NCBI GenBank assembly: GCA_964016885.1
Contig: OZ024740.1
Location: 45,818,001-45,882,000, forward strand
Direction: 5' to 3'
Source of the DNA: Eledone cirrhosa
Taxonomy: Eukaryota
DNA: 64,000 nucleotides
This document shows positions 1-15,500 of this stretch, piece after piece. Each line of letters starts with the position of its first letter. Positions within the stretch are counted from its first letter, which is position 1. The notes beneath the pieces were generated by a model, which was not told the DNA's origin, did no database searches, and was given only the letters and a program-made list of their open reading frames with translations. A program made the position numbers and the translations under genes.

Positions 1-3000
1 GCAAGAATTAGACCTACTGTCTGTTGTTGTGTGTAACAAGATATTGGTGTTGTACAGCAAGAATTAGATCTACTGTCTATTGTTGTATGTAAGAAGATAT
101 TGGTGTTGTACAGCAAGAATTAGATATACTGTCTGTTGTTTTATGTAACAAGATATTGGTGTTGTACAGCAAGAATTAGACCTACTGTCTATTATTGTGT
201 GTAACAAGATATCGGTGTTGTACAGCAAGAATTAGATCTACTGTCTGTTGTTGTGTGTAACAAGACACTGGTGTTGTACAGCAATAATTAGATCTACTGT
301 CTATTGTTGTATGTAAGAAGATATTGGTGTTGTACAGCAAGAATTAGATCTACTGTCTGTTGTTGTGTGTAACAAGATATTGGTGTTGTACAGCAAGAAT
401 TAGATCTACTGTCTATTGTTGTATGTAAGAAGATATTGGTGTTGTACAGCAAGAATTAGACCTACTGTCTGTTGTTGTGTGTAACAAGATATTGGTGTTG
501 TACAGCAAGAATTAGATCTACTGTCTATTGTTGTATGTAACAAGACATTGGTGTTGTACAGCAAGAATTAGGCCTACTGTCTATTGTTGTAACAAGACAT
601 TGGTGTTGTACAGCAAGAATTAGACCTACTGTCTGTTGTTGTATGTAACAAGATATTGGTGTTGTACAGCAAGAATTAGACCTACTGTCTTTGTTGTATG
701 TAACAAGATATTGGTGTTGTACAGCAAGAATTAGACCTACTGTCTATTGTTGTATGTAACAAGATATTGGTGTTGTACAGCAAGAATTAGATCTACTGTC
801 TATTGTTGTATGTAACAAGATATTGGTGTTGTACAGCAAGAATTAGATCTACTGTCTGTTGTTTTATGTAATAAGATATTGATGTTGTACAGCAAGAATT
901 AGACCTACTGTCTATTATTGTGTGTAACAAGATATTGGTGTCGTAAGCAAGAATTAGATCTACTGTCTATTGTTGTATGTAACAAGATATTGGTGTTGTA
1001 CAGCAAGAATTAGATCTACTGTCTGTTGTTTTATGTAACAAGATATTGGTGTTGTACAGCAAGAATTAGGCCTACTGTCTATTGTTGTATGTAACAAGAT
1101 ATTGGTGTTGTACAGCAAGAATTAGATCTACTGTCTATTGTTGTATGTAACAAGATATTGGTGTTGTACAGCAAGAATTAGGCCTACTGTCTGTTGTTGT
1201 ATGTAACAAGATATTGGTGTTGTACTGCAAGAATTAGACCTACTGTCTATTGTTGTATGTAACAAGATATTGGTGTTGTACAGCAAGAATTAGATCTACT
1301 GTCTGTTGTTGTGTGTAACAAGATATTGGTGTTGTACAGCAAGAATTAGATCTACTGTCTATTGTTGTATGTAAGAAGATATTGGTGTTGTACAGCAAGA
1401 ATTAGATCTACTGTCTATTGTTGTATGTAAGAAGATATTGGTGTTGTACAGCAAGAATTAGATATACTGTCTGTTGTTTTATGTAACAAGATATTGGTGT
1501 TGTACAGCAAGAATTAGACCTACTGTCTATTATTGTGTGTAACAAGATATTGGTGTTGTACAGCAAGAATTAGATCTACTGTCTGTTGTTGTGTGTAACA
1601 AGACATTGGTGTTGTACAGCAATAATTAGATCTACTGTCTATTGTTGTATGTAAGAAGATATTGGTGTTGTACAGCAAGAATTAGATCTACTGTCTGTTG
1701 TTGTGTGTAACAAGATATTGGTGTTGTACAGCAAGAATTAGATCTACTGTCTATTGTTGTATGTAAGAAGATATTGGTGTTGTACAGCAAGAATTAGACC
1801 TACTGTCTGTTGTTGTGTGTAACAAGATATTGGTGTTGTACAGCAAGAATTAGATCTACTGTCTATTGTTGTATGTAACAAGATATTGGTGTTGTACAGC
1901 AAGAATTAGGCCTACTGTCTGTTGTTGTATGTACCAAGATATTGGTGTTGTACTGCAAGAATTAGACCTACTGTCTATTGTTGTATGTAACAAGATATTG
2001 GTGTTGTACAGCAAGAATTAGATCTACTGTCTGTTGTCGTATGTAACAAGATATTGGTGTTGTACAGCAAGAATTAGGCCTACTGTCTATTGTTGTATGT
2101 AAGAAGATATTGGTGTTGTACAGCAAGAATTAGACCTACTGTCTGTTGTTGTGTGTAACAAGATATTGGTGTTGTACAGCAAGAATTAGATCTACTGTCT
2201 ATTGTTGTATGTAAGAAGATATTGGTGTTGTACAGCAAGAATTAGATATACTGTCTGTTGTTTTATGTAACAAGACATTGGTGTTGTACAGCAAGAATTA
2301 GACCTACTGTCTATTATTGTGTGTAACAAGATATTGGTGTTGTACAGCAAGAATTAGATCTACTGTCTGTTGTCGTATGTAACAAGATATTGGTGTTGTA
2401 CAGCAAGAATTAGGCCTACTGTCTATTGTTGTATGTAAGAAGATATTGGTGTTGTACAGCAAGAATTAGACCTACTGTCTGTTGTTGTGTGTAACAAGAT
2501 ATTGGTGTTGTACAGCAAGAATTAGATCTACTGTCTATTGTTGTATGTAAGAAGATATTGGTGTTGTACAGCAAGAATTAGATATACTGTCTGTTGTTTT
2601 ATGTAACAAGACATTGGTGTTGTACAGCAAGAATTAGACCTACTGTCTATTGTTGTGTGTAACAAGATATTGGTGTTGTACAGCAAGAATTAGACCTACT
2701 GTCTGTTGTTGTATGTAACAAGATATTGGTGTTGTACAGCAAGAATTAGACCTACTGTCTTTGTTGTATGTAACAAGATATTGGTGTTGTACAGCAAGAA
2801 TTAGACCTACTGTCTATCGTTGTATGTAACAATATATTGGTGTTGTACAGCAAGAATTAGATCTACTGTCTGTTGTTTTATGTAACAAGATATTGGTGTT
2901 GTACAGCAAGAATTAGACCTACTGTCTATTATTGTGTGTAACAAGATATTGGTGTCGTACAGCAAGAATTAGATCTACTGTCTGTTGTTTTATGTAACAA

Positions 3001-6000
3001 GATATTGATGTTGTACAGCAAGAATTAGACCTACTGTCTATTATTGTGTGTAACAAGATATTGGTGTCGTACAGCAAGAATTAGATCTACTGTCTGTTGT
3101 TTTATGTAACAAGATATTGGTGTTGTACAGCAAGAATTAGGCCTACTGTCTATTGTTGTATGTAACAAGATATTGGTGTTGTACAGCAAGAATTAGATCT
3201 ACTCTCTATTGTTGTATGTAACAAGATATTGGTGTTGTACAGCAAGAATTAGGCCTACTGTCTGTTGTTGTATGTAACAAGATATTGGTATTGTACAGCA
3301 AGAATTAGATCTACTGTCTGTTGTTGTGTGTAACAAGATATTGGTGTTGTACAGCAAGAATTAGATCTACTGTCTATTGTTGTATGTAAGAAGATATTGG
3401 TGTTGTACAGCAAGAATTAGATCTAGTGTCTGTTGTTGTGTGTAACAAGATATTGGTGTTGTACAGCAAGAATTAGATCTACTATCTATTGTTGTATGTA
3501 AGAAGATATTGGTGTTGTACAGCAAGAATTAGATATACTGTCTGTTGTTTTATGTAACAGGATATTGGTGTTGTACAGCAAGATTTAGACCTACTGTCTA
3601 TTATTGTGTGTAACAAGATATTGGTGTTGTACAGCAAGAATTAGATCTACTCTCTGTTGTTGTGTGTAACAAGACATTGGTGTTGTACAGCAAGAATTAG
3701 ATCTACTGTCTATTGTTGTATGTAAGAAGATATTGGTGTTGTACAGCAAGAATTAGATCTACTGTCTGTTGTTGTGTGTAACAAGATATTGGTGTTGTAC
3801 AGCAAGAATTAGATCTACTGTCTATTGTTGTATGTAAGAAGATATTGGTGTTGTACAGCAAGAATTAGACCTACTGTCTGTTGTTGTGTGTAACAAGATA
3901 TTGGTGTTGTACAGCAAGAATTAGATCTACTGTCTATTGTTGTATGTAACAAGACATTGGTGTTGTACAGCAAGAATTAGGCCTACTGTCTATTGTTGTA
4001 ACAAGACATTGGTGTTGTACAGCAAGAATTAGACCTACTGTCTGTTGTTGTATGTAACAAGATATTGGTGTTGTACAGCAAGAATTAGACCTACTGTCTT
4101 TGTTGTATGTAACAAGATATTGGTGTTGTACAGCAAGAATTAGACCTACTGTCTATTGTTGTATGTAACAAGATATTGGTGTTGTACAGCAAGAATTAGA
4201 TCTACTGTCTATTGTTGTATGTAACAAGATATTGGTGTTGTACAGCAAGAATTAGATCTACTGTCTGTTGTTTTATGTAACAAGATATTGGTGTTGTACA
4301 GCAAGAATTAGACCTACTGTCTATTATTGTGTGTAACAAGATATTGGTGTCGTACAGCAAGAATTAGATCTACTGTCTGTTGTTTTATGTAATAAGATAT
4401 TGATGTTGTACAGCAAGAATTAGACCTACTGTCTATTATTGTGTGTAACAAGATATTGGTGTCGTAAGCAAGAATTAGATCTACTGTCTATTGTTGTATG
4501 TAACAAGATATTGGTGTTGTACAGCAAGAATTAGATCTACTGTCTGTTGTTTTATGTAACAAGATATTGGTGTTGTACAGCAAGAATTAGGCCTACTGTC
4601 TATTGTTGTATGTAACAAGATATTGGTGTTGTACAGCAAGAATTAGATCTACTGTCTATTGTTGTATGTAACAAGATATTGGTGTTGTACAGCAAGAATT
4701 AGGCCTACTGTCTGTTGTTGTATGTAACAAGATATTGGTGTTGTACTGCAAGAATTAGACCTACTGTCTATTGTTGTATGTAACAAGATATTGGTGTTGT
4801 ACAGCATTAATTAGATCTACTGTCTGTTGTTGTGTGTAACAAGATATTGGTGTTGTACAGCAAGAATTAGATCTACTGTCTATTGTTGTATGTAAGAAGA
4901 TATTGGTGTTGTACAGCAAGAATTAGACCTACTGTCTGTTGTTGTGTGTAACAAGATATTGGTGTTGTACAGCAAGAATTAGATCTACTGTCTATTGTTG
5001 TATGTAAGAAGATATTGGTGTTGTACAGCAAGAATTAGATATACTGTCTGTTGTTTTATGTAACAAGATATTGGTGTTGTACAGCAAGAATTAGACCTAC
5101 TGTCTATTATTGTGTGTAACAAGATATCGGTGTTGTACAGCAAGAATTAGATCTACTGTCTGTTGTTGTGTGTAACAAGACACTGGTGTTGTACAGCAAT
5201 AATTAGATCTACTGTCTATTGTTGTATGTAAGAAGATATTGGTGTTGTACAGCAAGAATTAGATCTACTGTCTGTTGTTGTGTGTAACAAGATATTGGTG
5301 TTGTACAGCAAGAATTAGATCTACTGTCTATTGTTGTATGTAAGAAGATATTGGTGTTGTACAGCAAGAATTAGACCTACTGTCTGTTGTTGTGTGTAAC
5401 AAGATATTGGTGTTGTACAGCAAGAATTAGATCTACTGTCTATTGTTGTATGTAACAAGACATTGGTGTTGTACAGCAAGAATTAGGCCTACTGTCTATT
5501 GTTGTAACAAGACATTGGTGTTGTACAGCAAGAATTAGACCTACTGTCTGTTGTTGTATGTAACAAGATATTGGTGTTGTACAGCAAGAATTAGACCTAC
5601 TGTCTTTGTTGTATGTAACAAGATATTGGTGTTGTACAGCAAGAATTAGACCTACTGTCTATTGTTGTATGTAACAAGATATTGGTGTTGTACAGCAAGA
5701 ATTAGATCTACTGTCTATTGTTGTATGTAACAAGATATTGGTGTTGGACAGCAAGAATTAGATCTACTGTCTGTTGTTTTATGTAACAAGATATTGGTGT
5801 TGTACAGCAAGAATTAGACCTACTGTCTATTATTGTGTGTAACAAGATATTGGTGTCGTACAGCAAGAATTAGATCTACTGTCTGTTGTTTTATGTAATA
5901 AGATATTGATGTTGTACAGCAAGAATTAGACCTACTGTCTATTATTGTGTGTAACAAGATATTGGTGTCGTAAGCAAGAATTAGATCTACTGTCTATTGT

Positions 6001-6562
6001 TGTATGTAACAAGATATTGGTGTTGTACAGCAAGAATTAGATCTACTGTCTGTTGTTTTATGTAACAAGATATTGGTGTTGTACAGCAAGAATTAGGCCT
6101 ACTGTCTATTGTTGTATGTAACAAGATATTGGTGTTGTACAGCAAGAATTAGATCTACTGTCTATTGTTGTATGTAACAAGATATTGGTGTTGTACAGCA
6201 AGAATTAGGCCTACTGTCTGTTGTTGTATGTAACAAGATATTGGTGTTGTACTGCAAGAATTAGACCTACTGTCTATTGTTGTATGTAACAAGATATTGG
6301 TGTTGTACAGCAAGAATTAGATCTAATGTCTGTTGTTGTGTGTAACAAGATATTGGTGTTGTACAGCAAGAATTAGATCTACTGTCTATTGTTGTATGTA
6401 AGAAGATATTGGTGTTGTACAGCAAGAATTAGACCTACTGTCTGTTGTTGTGTGTAACAAGATATTGGTGTTGTACTGCAAGAATTAGATCTACTGTCTA
6501 TTGTTGTATGTAAGAAGATATTGGTGTTGTACAGCAAGAATTAGATATACTGTCTGTTGTTT

Positions 6563-9500
6563 TATGTAACAAGATATTGGTGTTGTACAGCAAGAATTAG
6601 ACCTACTGTCTATTATTGTGTGTAACAAGATATTGGTGTTGTACAGCAAGAATTAGATCTACTGTCTGTTGTTGTGTGTAACAAGACATTGGTGTTGTAC
6701 AGCAATAATTAGATCTACTGTCTATTGTTGTATGTAAGAAGATATTGGTGTTGTACAGCAAGAATTAGATCTACTGTCTGTTGTTGTGTGTAACAAGATA
6801 TTGGTGTTGTACAGCAAGAATTAGATCTACTGTCTATTGTTGTATGTAAGAAGATATTGGTGTTGTACAGCAAGAATTAGACCTACTGTCTGTTGTTGTG
6901 TGTAACAAGATATTGGTGTTGTACAGCAAGAATTAGATCTACTGTCTATTGTTGTATGTAACAAGATATTGGTGTTGTACAGCAAGAATTAGGCCTACTG
7001 TCTGTTGTTGTATGTACCAAGATATTGGTGTTGTACTGCAAGAATTAGACCTACTGTCTATTGTTGTATGTAACAAGATATTGGTGTTGTACAGCAAGAA
7101 TTAGATCTACTGTCTGTTGTCGTATGTAACAAGATATTGGTGTTGTACAGCAAGAATTAGGCCTACTGTCTATTGTTGTATGTAAGAAGATATTGGTGTT
7201 GTACAGCAAGAATTAGACCTACTGTCTGTTGTTGTGTGTAACAAGATATTGGTGTTGTACAGCAAGAATTAGATCTACTGTCTATTGTTGTATGTAAGAA
7301 GATATTGGTGTTGTACAGCAAGAATTAGATATACTGTCTGTTGTTTTATGTAACAAGACATTGGTGTTGTACAGCAAGAATTAGACCTACTGTCTATTAT
7401 TGTGTGTAACAAGATATTGGTGTTGTACAGCAAGAATTAGATCTACTCTCTGTTGTTGTGTGTAACAATACATTGGTGTTGTACAGCAAGAATTAGATCT
7501 ACTGTCTATTGTTGTATGTAAGAAGATATTGGTGTTGTACAGCAATAATTAGATCTACTGTCTGTTGTTGTGTGTAACAAGATATTGGTGTTGTACAGCA
7601 AGAATTAGATCTACTGTCTATTGTTGTATGTAAGAAGATATTGGTGTTGTACAGCAAGAATTAGACCTACTGTCTGTTGTTGTGTGTAACAAGATATTGG
7701 TGTTGTACAGCAAGAATTAGATCTACTGTCTATTGTTGTATGTAACAAGACATTGGTGTTGTACAGCAAGAATTAGGCCTACTGTCTATTGTTGTAACAA
7801 GACATTGGTGTTGTACAGCAAGAATTAGACCTACTGTCTGTTGTTGTATGTAACAAGATATTGGTGTTGTACAGCAAGAATTAGACCTACTGTCTTTGTT
7901 GTATGTAACAAGATATTGGTGTTGTACAGCAAGAATTAGACCTACTGTCTATTGTTGTATGTAACAAGATATTGGTGTTGTACAGCAAGAATTAGATCTA
8001 CTGTCTATTGTTGTATGTAACAAGATATTGGTGTTGTACAGCAAGAATTAGATCTACTGTCTGTTGTTTTATGTAACAAGATATTGGTGTTGTACAGCAA
8101 GAATTAGACCTACTGTCTATTATTGTGTGTAACAAGATATTGGTGTCGTACAGCAAGAATTAGATCTACTGTCTATTGTTGTATGTAAGAAGATATTGGT
8201 GTTGTACAGCAAGAATTAGACCTACTGTCTGTTGTTGTGTGTAACAAGATATTGGTGTTGTACAGCAAGAATTAGATCTACTGTCTATTGTTGTATGTAA
8301 GAAGATATTGGTGTTGTACAGCAAGAATTAGATATACTGTCTGTTGTTTTATGTAACAAGATATTGGTGTTGTACAGCAAGAATTAGACCTACTGTCTAT
8401 TATTGTGTGTAACAAGATATTGGTGTTGTACAGCAAGAATTAGATCTACTCTCTGTTGTTGTGTGTAACAAGACATTGGTGTTGTACAGCAAGAATTAGA
8501 TCTACTGTCTATTGTTGTATGTAAGAAGATATTGGTGTTGTACAGCAAGAATTAGATATACTGTCTGTTGTTTTATGTAACAAGATATTGGTGTTGTACA
8601 GCAAGAATTAGACCTACTGTCTATTATTGTGTGTAACAAGATATTGGTGTTGTACAGCAAGAATTAGATCTACTCTCTGTTGTTGTGTGTAACAAGACAT
8701 TGGTGTTGTACAGCAAGAATTAGGCCTACTGTCTATTGTTGTAACAAGACATTGGTGTTGTACAGCAAGAATTAGACCTACTGTCTGTTGTTGTATGTAA
8801 CAGGATATTGGTGTTGTACAGCAAGAATTAGACCTACTGTCTTTGTTGTATGTAACAAGATATTGGTGTTGTACAGCAAGAATTAGACCTACTGTCTATT
8901 GTTGTATGTAACAAGATATTGGTGTTGTACAGCAAGAATTAGACCTACTGTCTGTTGTTGTGTGTAACAAGATATTGGTGTTGTACAGCAAGAATTAGAT
9001 CTACTGTCTATTGTTGTATGTAAGAAGATATTGGTGTTGTACAGCAAGAATTAGACCTACTGTCTGTTGTTGTGTGTAACAAGATATTGGTGTTGTACAG
9101 CAAGAATTAGATCTACTGTCTATTGTTGTATGTAAGAAGATATTGGTGTTGTACAGCAAGAATTAGATATACTGTCTGTTGTTTTATGTAACAAGATATT
9201 GGTGTTGTGCAGCAAGAATTAGACCTACTGTCTATTATTGTGTGTAACAAGATATTGGTGTTGTACAGCAAGAATTAGGCCTACTGTCTGTTGTTGTATG
9301 TACCAAGATATTGGTGTTGTACAGCAAGAATTAGATCTACTGTCTATTGTTGTATGTAACAAGATATTGGTGTTGTACAGCAAGAATTAGGCCTACTGTC
9401 TGTTGTTGTATGTACCAAGATATTGGTGTTGCACTGCAAGAATTAGACCTACTGTCTATTGTTGTATGTAACAAGATATTGGTGTTGTACAGCAAGAATT

Positions 9501-12500
9501 AGATCTACTGTCTGTTGTCGTATGTAACAAGATATTGGTGTTGTACAGCAAGAATTAGGCCTACTGTCTATTGTTGTATGTAAGAAGATATTGGTGTTGT
9601 ACAGCAAGAATTAGACCTACTGTCTGTTGTTGTGTGTAACAAGATATTGGTGTTGTACAGCAAGAATTAGATCTACTGTCTATTGTTGTATGTAAGAAGA
9701 TATTGGTGTTGTACAGCAAGAATTAGATATACTGTCTGTTGTTTTATGTAACAAGACATTGGTGTTGTACAGCAAGAATTAGACCTACTGTCTATTATTG
9801 TGTGTAACAAGATATTGGTGTTGTACAGCAAGAATTAGATCTACTCTCTGTTGTTGTGTGTAACAAGACATTGGTGTTGTACAGCAAGAATTAGATCTAC
9901 TGTCTATTGTTGTATGTAAGAAGATATTGGTGTTGTACAGCAATAATTAGATCTACTGTCTGTTGTTGTGTGTAACAAGATATTGGTGTTGTACAGCAAG
10001 AATTAGATCTACTGTCTATTGTTGTATGTAAGAAGATATTGGTGTTGTACAGCAAGAATTAGACCTACTGTCTGTTGTTGTGTGTAACAAGATATTGGTG
10101 TTGTACAGCAAGAATTAGATCTACTGTCTATTGTTGTATGTAACAAGATATTGGTGTTGTACAGCAAGAATTAGGCCTACTGTCTGTTGTTGTATGTACC
10201 AAGATATTGGTGTTGCACTGCAAGAATTATACCTATTGTCTATTGTTGTATGTAACAAGATATTGGTGTTGTACAGCAAGAATTAGATCTACTGTCTGTT
10301 GTCGTATGTAACAAGATATTGGTGTTGTACAGCAAGAATTAGGCCTACTGTCTATTGTTGTATGTAAGAAGATATTGGTGTTGTACAGCAAGAATTAGAC
10401 CTACTGTCTGTTGTTGTGTGTAACAAGATATTGGTGTTGTACAGCAAGAATTAGATCTACTGTCTATTGTTGTATGTAAGAAGATATTGGTGTTGTACAG
10501 CAAGAATTAGATATACTGACTGTTGTTTTATGTAACAAGACATTGGTGTTGTACAGCAAGAATTAGACCTACTGTCTATTATTGTGTGTAACAAGATATT
10601 GGTGTTGTACAGCAAGAATTAGATCTACTCTCTGTTGTTGTGTGTAACAAGACATTGGTGTTGTACAGCAAGAATTAGATCTACTGTCTATTGTTGTATG
10701 TAAGAAGATATTGGTGTTGTACAGCAATAATTAGATCTACTGTCTGTTGTTGTGTGTAACAAGATATTGGTGTTGTACAGCAAGAATTAGATCTACTGTC
10801 TATTGTTGTATGTAAGAAGATATTGGTGTTGTACAGCAAGAATTAGACCTACTGTCTGTTGTTGTGTGTAACAAGATATTGGTGTTGTACAGCAAGAATT
10901 AGATCTACTGTCTATTGTTGTATGTAACAAGACATTGGTGTTGTACAGCAAGAATTAGGCCTACTGTCTATTGTTGTAACAAGACATTGGTGTTGTACAG
11001 CAAGAATTAGACCTACTGTCTGTTGTTGTATGTAACAAGATATTGGTGTTGTACAGCAAGAATTAGACCTACTGTCTTTGTTGTATGTAACAAGATATTG
11101 GTGTTGTACAGCAAGAATTAGACCTACTGTCTATTGTTGTATGTAACAAGATATTGGTGTTGTACAGCAAGAATTAGATCTACTGTCTATTGTTGTATGT
11201 AACAAGATATTGGTGTTGTACAGCAAGAATTAGATCTACTGTCTGTTGTTTTATGTAACAAGATATTGGTGTTGTACAGCAAGAATTAGACCTACTGTCT
11301 ATTATTGTGTGTAACAAGATATTGGTGTCGTACAGCAAGAATTAGATCTACTGTCTATTGTTGTATGTAAGAAGATATTGGTGTTGTACAGCAAGAATTA
11401 GACCTACTGTCTGTTGTTGTGTGTAACAAGATATTGGTGTTGTACAGCAAGAATTAGATCTACTGTCTATTGTTGTATGTAAGAAGATATTGGTGTTGTA
11501 CAGCAAGAATTAGATATACTGTCTGTTGTTTTATGTAACAAGATATTGGTGTTGTACAGCAAGAATTAGACCTACTGTCTATTATTGTGTGTAACAAGAT
11601 ATTGGTGTTGTACAGCAAGAATTAGATCTACTCTCTGTTGTTGTGTGTAACAAGACATTGGTGTTGTACAGCAAGAATTAGATCTACTGTCTATTGTTGT
11701 ATGTAAGAAGATATTGGTGTTGTACAGCAAGAATTAGATATACTGTCTGTTGTTTTATGTAACAAGATATTGGTGTTGTACAGCAAGAATTAGACCTACT
11801 GTCTATTATTGTGTGTAACAAGATATTGGTGTTGTACAGCAAGAATTAGATCTACTCTCTGTTGTTGTGTGTAACAAGACATTGGTGTTGTACAGCAAGA
11901 ATTAGGCCTACTGTCTATTGTTGTAACAAGACATTGGTGTTGTACAGCAAGAATTAGACCTACTGTCTGTTGTTGTATGTAACAGGATATTGGTGTTGTA
12001 CAGCAAGAATTAGACCTACTGTCTTTGTTGTATGTAACAAGATATTGGTGTTGTACAGCAAGAATTAGACCTACTGTCTATTGTTGTATGTAACAAGATA
12101 TTGGTGTTGTACAGCAAGAATTAGACCTACTGTCTGTTGTTGTGTGTAACAAGATATTGGTGTTGTACAGCAAGAATTAGATCTACTGTCTATTGTTGTA
12201 TGTAAGAAGATATTGGTGTTGTACAGCAAGAATTAGACCTACTGTCTGTTGTTGTGTGTAACAAGATATTGGTGTTGTACAGCAAGAATTAGATCTACTG
12301 TCTATTGTTGTATGTAAGAAGATATTGGTGTTGTACAGCAAGAATTAGATATACTGTCTGTTGTTTTATGTAACAAGATATTGGTGTTGTGCAGCAAGAA
12401 TTAGACCTACTGTCTATTATTGTGTGTAACAAGATATTGGTGTTGTACAGCAAGAATTAGGCCTACTGTCTGTTGTTGTATGTACCAAGATATTGGTGTT

Positions 12501-15500
12501 GTACAGCAAGAATTAGATCTACTGTCTATTGTTGTATGTAACAAGATATTGGTGTTGTACAGCAAGAATTAGGCCTACTGTCTGTTGTTGTATGTACCAA
12601 GATATTGGTGTTGCACTGCAAGAATTAGACCTACTGTCTATTGTTGTATGTAACAAGATATTGGTGTTGTACAGCAAGAATTAGATCTACTGTCTGTTGT
12701 CGTATGTAACAAGATATTGGTGTTGTACAGCAAGAATTAGGCCTACTGTCTATTGTTGTATGTAAGAAGATATTGGTGTTGTACAGCAAGAATTAGACCT
12801 ACTGTCTGTTGTTGTGTGTAACAAGATATTGGTGTTGTACAGCAAGAATTAGATCTACTGTCTATTGTTGTATGTAAGAAGATATTGGTGTTGTACAGCA
12901 AGAATTAGATATACTGTCTGTTGTTTTATGTAACAAGACATTGGTGTTGTACAGCAAGAATTAGACCTACTGTCTATTATTGTGTGTAACAAGATATTGG
13001 TGTTGTACAGCAAGAATTAGATCTACTCTCTGTTGTTGTGTGTAACAAGACATTGGTGTTGTACAGCAAGAATTAGATCTACTGTCTATTGTTGTATGTA
13101 AGAAGATATTGGTGTTGTACAGCAATAATTAGATCTACTGTCTGTTGTTGTGTGTAACAAGATATTGGTGTTGTACAGCAAGAATTAGATCTACTGTCTA
13201 TTGTTGTATGTAAGAAGATATTGGTGTTGTACAGCAAGAATTAGACCTACTGTCTGTTGTTGTGTGTAACAAGATATTGGTGTTGTACAGCAAGAATTAG
13301 ATCTACTGTCTATTGTTGTATGTAACAAGATATTGGTGTTGTACAGCAAGAATTAGGCCTACTGTCTGTTGTTGTATGTACCAAGATATTGGTGTTGCAC
13401 TGCAAGAATTATACCTATTGTCTATTGTTGTATGTAACAAGATATTGGTGTTGTACAGCAAGAATTAGATCTACTGTCTGTTGTCGTATGTAACAAGATA
13501 TTGGTGTTGTACAGCAAGAATTAGGCCTACTGTCTATTGTTGTATGTAAGAAGATATTGGTGTTGTACAGCAAGAATTAGACCTACTGTCTGTTGTTGTG
13601 TGTAACAAGATATTGGTGTTGTACAGCAAGAATTAGATCTACTGTCTATTGTTGTATGTAAGAAGATATTGGTGTTGTACAGCAAGAATTAGATATACTG
13701 ACTGTTGTTTTATGTAACAAGACATTGGTGTTGTACAGCAAGAATTAGACCTACTGTCTATTATTGTGTGTAACAAGATATTGGTGTTGTACAGCAAGAA
13801 TTAGATCTACTCTCTGTTGTTGTGTGTAACAAGACATTGGTGTTGTACAGCAAGAATTAGATCTACTGTCTATTGTTGTATGTAAGAAGATATTGGTGTT
13901 GTACAGCAATAATTAGATCTACTGTCTGTTGTTGTGTGTAACAAGATATTGGTGTTGTACAGCAAGAATTAGATCTACTGTCTATTGTTGTATGTAAGAA
14001 GATATTGGTGTTGTACAGCAAGAATTAGACCTACTGTCTGTTGTTGTGTGTAACAAGATATTTGTGTTGTACAGCAAGAATTAGATCTACTGTCTATTGT
14101 TGTATGTAACAAGACATTGGTGTTGTACAGCAAGGATTAGGCCTACTGTCTATTGTTGTAACAAGACATTGGTGTTGTACAGCAAGAATTAGACCTACTG
14201 TCTGTTGTTGTATGTAACAAGATATTGGTGTTGTACAGCAAGAATTAGACCTACTGTCTTTGTTGTATGTAACAAGATATTGGTGTTGTACAGCAAGAAT
14301 TAGACCTACTGTCTATTGTTGTATGTAACAAGATATTGGTGTTGTACAGCAAGAATTAGATCTACTGTCTATTGTTGTATGTAACAAGATATTGGTGTTG
14401 TACAGCAAGAATTAGATCTACTGTCTGTTGTTTTATGTAACAAGATATTGGTGTTGTACAGCAAGAATTAGACCTACTGTCTATTATTGTGTGTAACAAG
14501 ATATTGGTGTCGTACAGCAAGAATTAGATCTACTGTCTATTGTTGTATGTAAGAAGATATTGGTGTTGTACAGCAAGAATTAGACCTACTGTCTGTTGTT
14601 GTGTGTAACAAGATATTGGTGTTGTACAGCAAGAATTAGATCTACTGTCTATTGTTGTATGTAAGAAGATATTGGATTTGTACAGCAAGAATTAGATATA
14701 CTGTTTGTTGTTTTATGTAACAAGATATTGGTGTTGTACAGCAAGAATTAGACCTACTGTCTATTATTGTGTGTAACAAGATATTGGTGTTGTACAGCAA
14801 GAATTAGATCTACTCTCTGTTGTTGTGTGTAACAAGACATTGGTGTTGTACAGCAAGAATTAGATCTACTGTCTATTGTTGTATGTAAGAAGATATTGGT
14901 GTTGTACAGCAAGAATTAGATCTACTGTCTGTTGTTGTGTGTAACAAGATATTGGTGTTGTACAGCAAGAATTAGATCTACTGTCTATTGTTGTATGTAA
15001 GAAGATATTGGTGTTGTACAGCAAGAATTAGACCTACTGTCTGTTGTTGTGTGTAACAAGATATTGGTGTTGTACAGCAAGAATTAGATCTACTGTCTAT
15101 TGTTGTATGTAACAAGACATTGGTGTTGTACAGCAAGAATTAGGCCTACTGTCTATTGTTGTAACAAGACATTGGTGTTGTACAGCAAGAATTAGACCTA
15201 CTGTCTGTTGTTGTATGTAACAGGATATTGGTGTTGTACAGCAAGAATTAGACCTACTGTCTTTGTTGTATGTAACAAGATATTGGTGTTGTACAGCAAG
15301 AATTAGACCTACTGTCTATAGTTGTATGTAACAAGATATTGGTGTTGTACAGCAAGAATTAGATCTACTGTCTATTGTTGTATGTAACAAGATATTGGTG
15401 TTGTACAGCAAGAATTAGATCTACTGTCTGTTGTTTTATGTAACAAGATATTGGTGTTGTACAGCAAGAATTAGACCTACTGTCTATTATTGTGTGTAAC

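Noticed and set aside
73-100. Transcription factor-like motifs in the monomer (SOX-type AACAAT on the minus strand; DMRT-like half-site TTGTTACAT)
   Set aside because: Short AT-rich matches are expected by chance, and high copy number adds no independent evidence.
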